From an uncultured Opitutales bacterium (GTDB lineage: Bacteria > Verrucomicrobiota > Verrucomicrobiia > Opitutales > Intestinicryptomonadaceae), in contig CALXLM010000020.1 in the NCBI GenBank assembly GCA_944389195.1, forward strand, positions 10,328-74,327: a stretch of DNA of 64,000 bases, given 5' to 3'. Below the pieces are notes generated by a model. The model did no database searches. It saw only the letters and a program-made list of their open reading frames with translations, and was not told the origin of the DNA. Made by a program: the position numbers and the translations under genes. The first letter of the stretch is position 1. The number at the start of each line of letters is the position of its first letter. Below, one piece after another: positions 58,601 to 64,000 of the stretch.

Positions 58601-58914
58601 GGGGCTGCGCCGGAGAAGGAGCGCATCCGGTCGTGTTCGCCGATACTGGCAACCCCGACTACCGGGCGATTCTCGGGGCGGTTCGCGCGGCGTCCGAATT
58701 GCTCAAAAACAAGTCTCCGTTTTGCGGCACTCCCGACTTTCGCCCGACGCCGGGCTATATAAAAAAGCTTAGGGATTTGAAAATATTGCCCCCCGACTTC
58801 CCGCTGGACGGCAAAATCGACGCTTTCAAGGCCGACGCGCTCTATTTCGACTGGCTCGATAAAAATTCCGTAATCGAGGCGGTAAAAAATCCGGATAAAT
58901 CGCCCGAAACCTAA
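55654..58914 (+). CDS. HzsA-like (hydrazine synthase alpha-related) beta-propeller / cytochrome c protein with N-terminal carbohydrate-binding-like module
   Basis: LSFDGKKILFS, DIEPAYLPNGDIVFASSR, GTVPVEEDGSASFEVPA...LDKQGRAV..MQS; CIGCH, CLECH and CGKCH heme motifs. Confidence 0.8.
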   Translation: MNYRTIINSLETLGAPCLIFICAVSTSNAAEIFRIGKPDASAAEFKIFRNLADPRYTFQKSQLQKTDDCRAFRDIDDIRGFCSKPFEFTVGESHEKDFPFIHPIGGCWWKAHLKGIVINFDAPENTPEELYFRVGISDMSDMGPIDLEVFLNGESIGVKTGVNTGVGFGGTLAYKPTATGIPHSVSFKFDSSKLKKGKNRIEIRPKARSPRPSWFAYDYVELSDSPEAPKIPDCRDEILKNAVRAAGTAKVVFSTRGEGRDYHWYSNIGKTCWVKTGVAQIDARFDCEMFSRLGGKLCVYDLVTGELKNLVDDPDGCVRDHTLSFDGKKILFSYRKGKSGSFRLYEIGADGKGLKKLPIGAEGTDDIEPAYLPNGDIVFASSRLGKTVQCFFMPVTDIHRWYRSENKIAVLSQNPDVDSTPNVLPDGRIIYMRWDYNHRNQLAFHHLWTMNPDGSGDAVYFGNNNPGHLFISPAPIPDENGVVFTLSRGHSGRDHFGEVAKLVQPVDPDDPYCLQFVSGDISAKFNRPQPLGNGYTMATDGRNIAIFNADGQYKTVSGIPEWIFASDKTVRMSVVGWKNGKDKVPKECRVIMQGAMPLKAKPKPAARPDMADLDAKTAAVFLQDVYHGRNMAGVKRGSIDRLLVLQVLPTPAHYNGGSNQLNRLGGFALERILGTVPVEEDGSASFEVPAHRAIAFVALDKQGRAVKRMQSFVAFAPGTNTSCIGCHEMRAEAPIPKMGRPRSYGKISKITPFRGESPIDYRRQIQPLLDKYCLECHNSSKPTAGIILDGDLGANFIHSYIALDERGQMTTGRNEFGNMPPYSFGSGSSKILEKFRKGHCGKDASDADLELLMRWLDTGAMQIGAYAALNTGFLHSYLQGGVVRLEDENPENAAAYAAVENACGKCHSGEAQIPRRVFEPKQNYGETVFDYRSAFESACVEKIKYKTPDGKVGESKILADLLYNFSAPEKSLALTIPLARERGGCAGEGAHPVVFADTGNPDYRAILGAVRAASELLKNKSPFCGTPDFRPTPGYIKKLRDLKILPPDFPLDGKIDAFKADALYFDWLDKNSVIEAVKNPDKSPET

Positions 58915-58958
58915 ATTTTTCTTGTTTTCGGCGCTTTAAGTGATTGAATCGACGCCGA

Positions 58959-60074
58959 ATGAAAACCTTATTTGTCACATCGGAACGCGACCCGCGCGAA
59001 ACGAGGGTTGCGGTAATTCCGTCCGACGTTCAGAAATTGTCGAAAATCGGATGGTCAGTAAATGTCGAATCGGGTGCGGGGATAAAAGCCGGCTTCCCGG
59101 ACGAAGATTACGCGGCGGCGGGAGCGTCGATTGTCGGTGCCGACTTCGCAAAGGAAGCCGACTTTGTCGCGGCGGTCAGAAAACCCGCGCCCGAATTTGT
59201 CAAAAGCCTCAAAAGGGGGGCGTTTTACCTCAGCCTTCTGGATCCCTTCAACGAAAAGGAGCTTATAAAGACTTTCGCCGAAGCCGGAGTGACGGCCGCA
59301 AGCTTCGAAATGATCCCCAGAAGCACGATAGCGCAAAAGATGGACGTTTTAAGCTCGCAGTCCAACCTTGCCGGATATGTGTCGGTGCTCAAGGCGGCAA
59401 ACACGCTGAAAAAAATACTTCCGATGATGATGACGCCGGCGGGCACCATTTCGCCGCTGAAGTTTTTTGTGGTGGGCGTCGGAGTCGCGGGCCTGCAGGC
59501 GATAGCGACCGCAAAGAGGCTCGGCGCGAGGGTCGACGCGTTCGACACGCGCCCCGTGGTCGAGGAACAGGTAAAAAGCCTCGGGGCCAAGTTCGTAAAG
59601 ATAGACCTCGGCGAGACAGGGCAGACAGCCCAGGGCTACGCCAAGGAACTTACGCCCGAACAGATCGAAATGCAGCGCAGGGGAATGGCGAAAGTGTGCG
59701 CGCAGTCCGACGTGATAATAACAACGGCCAAGCTCTTCGGCAGAAAAGCCCCGCGGATTATAACGGCAGAAATGGTTGCCGGCATGAAGCCCGGAAGCGT
59801 GATAGTCGATATGGCGGTTGAAAGCGGCGGAAACGTCGAAGGCTCAAAGCCCGACGAAACGGTCATAACCCCCAACGGCGTGACCATTATCGGCGACACA
59901 TGCCTCGAAGCGTCAGTGCCCTCGACGGCAAGCCAAATGTACAGCTCAAACGTGTTCAACTACATAGCGCACTTCTCCGCGGACGGGGAATTCAAACCGA
60001 ACTTTGAAGACCAGATAATGAAAATGTCGGCAATTACCCACGACGGTAAAATATCCGACGAACGCTTCATGTAA
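58959..60074 (+). CDS. pntA: NAD(P) transhydrogenase alpha subunit, part 1
   Basis: ETRVA, RSTIAQKMDVLSSQ, MMTPAGT, GVGVAGLQAIATAKRLGA, GGNVEG. Confidence 0.95.
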   Translation: MKTLFVTSERDPRETRVAVIPSDVQKLSKIGWSVNVESGAGIKAGFPDEDYAAAGASIVGADFAKEADFVAAVRKPAPEFVKSLKRGAFYLSLLDPFNEKELIKTFAEAGVTAASFEMIPRSTIAQKMDVLSSQSNLAGYVSVLKAANTLKKILPMMMTPAGTISPLKFFVVGVGVAGLQAIATAKRLGARVDAFDTRPVVEEQVKSLGAKFVKIDLGETGQTAQGYAKELTPEQIEMQRRGMAKVCAQSDVIITTAKLFGRKAPRIITAEMVAGMKPGSVIVDMAVESGGNVEGSKPDETVITPNGVTIIGDTCLEASVPSTASQMYSSNVFNYIAHFSADGEFKPNFEDQIMKMSAITHDGKISDERFM

Positions 60075-60096
60075 TATCAACTCCGGAAACAGAAAT

Positions 60097-60384
60097 ATGG
60101 AAATTATTTTGCTATTGTTCATATTCACGCTCGCGGCGTTTTTGGGATTCGAACTCATATCCAAAGTCCCGAGTCAACTGCACACTCCGCTTATGAGCGG
60201 CTCAAACGCAATAAGCGGCATAACCATAGTCGGGGCGATGATAGCCACTGCCGGAACCGAGGGAAGCCTCACGGCAACGCTCGTGGGCACGGCGGCGCTC
60301 GTGCTGGCAACCATAAATGTCGTGGGCGGATACATGGTCACCGACAGAATGCTTGCCATGTTTAAGAAGAAAGGAGACAAATAA
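60097..60384 (+). CDS. pntA: NAD(P) transhydrogenase alpha subunit, part 2
   Basis: VPSQLHTPLMSGSNAISGI, NVVGGYMVTDRML.MF. Confidence 0.95.
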   Translation: MEIILLLFIFTLAAFLGFELISKVPSQLHTPLMSGSNAISGITIVGAMIATAGTEGSLTATLVGTAALVLATINVVGGYMVTDRMLAMFKKKGDK

Positions 60385-60386
60385 CG

Positions 60387-61793
60387 ATGAATCCGGCGTT
60401 TGTAAATTTCATATACATCATAGCCTCCATACTGTTTATTCTCGGCATAAAAATGCTCGGAAAGGCCGAGACCGCCCGCAGAGGCAACATAGTATCGTCG
60501 GTCGGAATGCTTATAGCCGTAGTCATAACGCTTTTCGACAAAAAGATTATAGATTGCTCGGACCCGACATCGTGGGGCCTTTTAGCTGGAGGACTGGCTG
60601 TCGGTGCTATTATAGGCGCGGTCGTCGCAAAAAAGGTAAAAATGACGGCCATGCCCGAGATGGTTGCACTTCTTAACGGTTTTGGCGGCCTGGCAAGCCT
60701 TCTTGTCGCCGCGGCGGAATATTATTTCGACTCCGTAAAAGGCCAAATGCCGTCCGACTTCTCAAAGTTTGCAATAATCGCAACAATATTCATAGGCGGC
60801 GTCACCTTTACCGGCTCGGTTTACGCATGGGGAAAGCTTTCCGGAAAAATATCCGGAAAGGCGAAAGTTTACCCAGGGCAAAAGACAGTCAACGCGGTGG
60901 TGGCTATGCTGACGATTGCCGCGTCAGCCGTATTTGTCGTTCTCGGAGACTTCCAATCTGGGCTCGGAACCATGATAGCCGTTATCATACTTTCTCTGCT
61001 GCTGGGCATAGTCGCTGTCATGCCGATAGGCGGCGGAGACATGCCGGTGGTTATATCGCTTCTAAACTCGCTGTCCGGCATGGCGGCGTCGGCGGCGGGA
61101 TTTGTCTTACACAACAACGTGCTGATTGTGGCGGGCTGCCTTGTGGGAGCGAGCGGCCTCATACTTACCGTCATCATGTGCAAGTCGATGAACAGAACGC
61201 TTTCAAACGTTCTATTCTCCGGATTCGGCGCAACCGGCTCGAAATCGCAAAAGCTTGATGGCGAAATGAAGCCGATGTCCACGGACGATGCCTATTTCGT
61301 GCTTGAAGCCGCGCAAAACGTGGTATTCATTCCCGGATACGGAATGGCGGTAGCCCAGGCCCAGCACGCGGTAAAAGAGCTTGCGGAAATACTCGAGAAC
61401 AACGGGGCGGAGGTTTCGTTTGCGATACACCCGGTGGCCGGACGCATGCCGGGCCACATGAATGTGCTGCTTGCGGAAGCCGACGTGCCGTACGAACAGC
61501 TGAAGGAAATGGAGGAAGCCAACAGGATTCTCGAAACTGCCGATGTGGCGATTGTAATCGGGGCAAACGATGTCGTAAACCCGGCTGCGGCCGAAGACAA
61601 GGGAAGCCCGATTTACGGAATGCCGATTATAGAGGCGTACAAGGCAAAAACCGTATTCGCGTTAAAGCGCGGAAAAGGCGCCGGATTCTCCGGGCTTGAA
61701 AACGGCTTGTTCTTCCGCCCGAACACCCGCATGATTTACGGAGACGCAAAAGCCACAATAAACGACCTTGTGGCAAAATTCAAAGACAAATAG
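60387..61793 (+). CDS. pntB: NAD(P) transhydrogenase beta subunit
   Basis: MTAMPEMVA..NGFGG, IGGGDMPVVIS.LNS, PGYGMAVAQAQ, HPVAGRMPGHMNVLLAEA. Confidence 0.97.
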   Translation: MNPAFVNFIYIIASILFILGIKMLGKAETARRGNIVSSVGMLIAVVITLFDKKIIDCSDPTSWGLLAGGLAVGAIIGAVVAKKVKMTAMPEMVALLNGFGGLASLLVAAAEYYFDSVKGQMPSDFSKFAIIATIFIGGVTFTGSVYAWGKLSGKISGKAKVYPGQKTVNAVVAMLTIAASAVFVVLGDFQSGLGTMIAVIILSLLLGIVAVMPIGGGDMPVVISLLNSLSGMAASAAGFVLHNNVLIVAGCLVGASGLILTVIMCKSMNRTLSNVLFSGFGATGSKSQKLDGEMKPMSTDDAYFVLEAAQNVVFIPGYGMAVAQAQHAVKELAEILENNGAEVSFAIHPVAGRMPGHMNVLLAEADVPYEQLKEMEEANRILETADVAIVIGANDVVNPAAAEDKGSPIYGMPIIEAYKAKTVFALKRGKGAGFSGLENGLFFRPNTRMIYGDAKATINDLVAKFKDK

Positions 61794-61810
61794 GCTCTCT
61801 TAAAGCGCGC

Positions 61811-61850
61811 AAAAAAGCGGTTCGGCGGCAATCTCCGAACCGCTTTTTTT
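61811..61850. terminator. Bidirectional terminator
   Basis: aaaaaagcggttcgg...ccgaaccgcttttttt. Confidence 0.9.
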
Positions 61851-62841
61851 ATTCTGAGGAGCCTTCGTTTTTTTTAGCACCGTCCACCTTTTTTAGCGCC
61901 AAAGAATGCCCGCGCGCGGCGGCCTTGCGGTAAAAATCCCAAGCGCGTTCGGCGTCCTTTTGCACGCCGTCGCCGTTTTCAAAAATAACCCCCATGTTGA
62001 AAATAGAGTCCAAATCGCCGGCGGCGGCGGCCATCGAAGTGTATTTTACGAACTTCTTTTTGTCGGCCGGCACGCCGTCGCCGCGCAGATACATAAGAGC
62101 GGCGTTCTTTTGGGCGAAAACGTCGCCCGCCTCGGCAGCCTCCCCCCAAAGGCGCGCCGCGCGCCCTTTGTCCATCGGAAGCCCGACACCGTGGTAGCAA
62201 TAACCAGCAAGGGCGGTTTTTGCGTCGCTGTTTCCGCCCTCGGCGGATTTTTCAAGCCAAAACAAACCCTTTTTTAGAGATTTTTCGAGATAGCTGCCGT
62301 TAATGTATAAAGCCGCAACGTTAAACTGCGCTTCCGGGTGCCCGCCGTCGGCGGCTTTCAGCCACCAGTCGACAGCCGCCCTGTAATCCTTTTTTACGCC
62401 GAACCCCTTGGAGCAGCATGCTGCCATATTGAACATAGCCTCCGGATATCCTAATTGGGCGGCTTTCAGCCACCATTGCGCCGCAAGCCGTTCGTCCTTT
62501 TTTACGCCGTCACCTTTGGCGTAGGCGGCCGCCGCAAAATTTTGCGCGTACGCGTTGCCGTCCTCCGCGGCGGATAAAAACCATTTCATAGCCTCCGCCA
62601 TGTCTTTGGGAAAGCCCTTTTTACCCTGGGCATAGCTTAGGGCCACGGAAAGCTTTGAATCTGTGTCGCCCCTTTCCGCCCGCGACAGCAAAATCTTTGC
62701 GCCCATGTCGGAAACGCGCGCGTCGGACTTGCCTTCCGAATCCGCGGCGCGGCACGTATCCGGGAAAAGCGGCGCAAAAACTGCGGCGGCAATAAAGAGA
62801 AAAATAATAAGGCGTAATGTTCTCATGTCAGCGTTTAACAA
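61849..62841 (-). CDS. Sel1-like repeat protein
   Basis: Signal peptide; repeated A..W..KAA..G...AQ/AM.N.A..Y..G.GV.KD units. Confidence 0.93.
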   Translation of the reverse strand: MLNADMRTLRLIIFLFIAAAVFAPLFPDTCRAADSEGKSDARVSDMGAKILLSRAERGDTDSKLSVALSYAQGKKGFPKDMAEAMKWFLSAAEDGNAYAQNFAAAAYAKGDGVKKDERLAAQWWLKAAQLGYPEAMFNMAACCSKGFGVKKDYRAAVDWWLKAADGGHPEAQFNVAALYINGSYLEKSLKKGLFWLEKSAEGGNSDAKTALAGYCYHGVGLPMDKGRAARLWGEAAEAGDVFAQKNAALMYLRGDGVPADKKKFVKYTSMAAAAGDLDSIFNMGVIFENGDGVQKDAERAWDFYRKAAARGHSLALKKVDGAKKNEGSSE

Positions 62842-63550
62842 AATCTATGTCCGTAAATATCTCCGCGTTTCCGGCTCGCGAAAAAATATACGCCGCCGGA
62901 GTGGAATAGCGCCCCGATTCAAGTTCGGAAAGCATGCGCAAAAACATGGGCCTCTTCCCTTTCCCAGTTATCGGACAGAAAATTCTGCGGGCGTTTAAAA
63001 TAGTCCCGCCAGTCATGGTGACGCGGACCGTGCCGTCGTTCGGATTGTCGCTTACAGCATAGGGGGAGGATGAACAAAGCAGACCGGCATAATCGGGAAA
63101 TATCGACGCCGTGTGGCCGTCGCTGCCTACCCCGAGGACGACACAGTCAAAGCGCGGAAATCCGTTTTCGGAAGGCAACATTTCCCGCACTAAAGCAGAA
63201 TATCTTTCGGCTTCGCGCTCCGGAGAAAACGCCTCCCCCCTTATGCGAAAAACATTTTCTGGAGGTATCCTTCCGGACAGGAAGAGCCTGTCGGCCTCCC
63301 CAAAATTGCTCTCCGAAGATTCGGTAGGAACGCAGCGCTCGTCAACCCAAAATATGCGCGCGGTCGACCAGCGACCGGTTTCAAGCCCGGATTCCGCAAG
63401 GGCGTTAAACAGCGACTTGGCGCTGTCGCCCCCGGAAAGCGCCAGAAAATATGCTGAGCCTTTCGCCGCCCCCCTTCTTATATCCTCCGACACGGCGTCC
63501 GCCAGCCCCCTAAAGGCTTCTGCCCTGCCTGTGTAAAAATTAATCTTCAT
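62828..63550 (-). CDS. pgl: 6-phosphogluconolactonase
   Basis: LALSGG, FWVDERCVP...SN, FDCVVLGVGSDGHTASIFP, RVTMT. Confidence 0.93.
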   Translation of the reverse strand: MKINFYTGRAEAFRGLADAVSEDIRRGAAKGSAYFLALSGGDSAKSLFNALAESGLETGRWSTARIFWVDERCVPTESSESNFGEADRLFLSGRIPPENVFRIRGEAFSPEREAERYSALVREMLPSENGFPRFDCVVLGVGSDGHTASIFPDYAGLLCSSSPYAVSDNPNDGTVRVTMTGGTILNARRIFCPITGKGKRPMFLRMLSELESGRYSTPAAYIFSRAGNAEIFTDIDFVKR

Positions 63551-64000
63551 TTGAAGCTTTCGGAAGCGCCACCGTAAGTTCGTTTTTTATCGGAAGGGAA
63601 CAGGAAGCCCCGCTATGTTCAAAGCTCAATTCCACGCCCTCCTTCGTGCCGTCAGAACCCGCCGGATATTTAGGGATTTCAGAGCCGCAGTTTTTCCAAT
63701 AATCCTCTATGGGGTCTATAAACTTCCACCCCTCCTCCACGGCGTCGCTTCGGGCGAAAAGCGTCGAGTCGCCGCGCATGGCGTCGAGAAGAAGGCGGGC
63801 GTAGGCGTCCGGAAGGGTTATGTCGGCGAGGGAAGAATAGTCGAAATCCATGGAAACCTGCGTCGACTGAAATCCGGCTCCAGGAACCTTTAGCCCGAAT
63901 TTTAGCGATACCCCTTCGTCGGGCTGAATTCTTAGCACAAGCCTGTTGCACGAACGCCCGCAGCATTGTCCGGCAAAAAACATCTGGGGGGCCGATTTGA
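63540..64000 (-). CDS. zwf: Glucose-6-phosphate dehydrogenase, C-terminal part (5' end outside the window)
   Basis: NRLVLRIQPDEG, DAYARLLLDAMRGD.TLFAR.D.VE..W, YPAGS.G; frame open to the window edge. Confidence 0.93.
   Translation of the reverse strand, partial: KSAPQMFFAGQCCGRSCNRLVLRIQPDEGVSLKFGLKVPGAGFQSTQVSMDFDYSSLADITLPDAYARLLLDAMRGDSTLFARSDAVEEGWKFIDPIEDYWKNCGSEIPKYPAGSDGTKEGVELSFEHSGASCSLPIKNELTVALPKASNED

Noticed and set aside
58959-61793. Three-gene (split alpha) transhydrogenase
   Set aside because: A common, well-known architecture; not novel.

Overview
64 kb of a moderately GC-rich bacterial chromosome. The gene style (CAZymes, HzsA-like and DUF1080 proteins, short HemA) suggests a Verrucomicrobiota/Opitutales-type, probably gut-associated anaerobe; this is inference. 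Left to right: (1) 1-11.4 kb, an aryl-polyene/fatty-acid-type type II PKS cluster with GT2, MMPL, acyltransferase, 2 ACPs, LolA-like protein, two KS-CLF single-chain fusions and a divergent ACP + non-canonical GcvT-like pair; (2) glycoside hydrolases, a histidine phosphatase, a BtuF-like protein and ArnT; (3) a Na+-pumping methylmalonyl-CoA decarboxylase operon (mce-mmdA-mmdD-mmdC-mmdB-CoA transferase) whose beta subunit carries an unusual inserted biotinyl/lipoyl-like domain; (4) GH106, hemC, ilvC, ilvN, tRNA-Val and apbE; (5) an orphan CRISPR-like mini-array (two 36-bp repeats, one 35-bp AT-rich spacer) and HU; (6) 38.5-50.6 kb, intact Mu-like DNA-packaging and head genes split into two divergent operons by two host genes, with no recognisable transposase, repressor, lysis, MuF, sheath, tube or tape-measure gene. 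This is a candidate domesticated, gene-transfer-agent-like system and the top finding; (7) TPR-LysM, purH, polyprenyl synthase, hemA, an HzsA-like multiheme protein, pntAB, a Sel1 protein, pgl and partial zwf. All family calls are by motif recognition only; no database searches were run.
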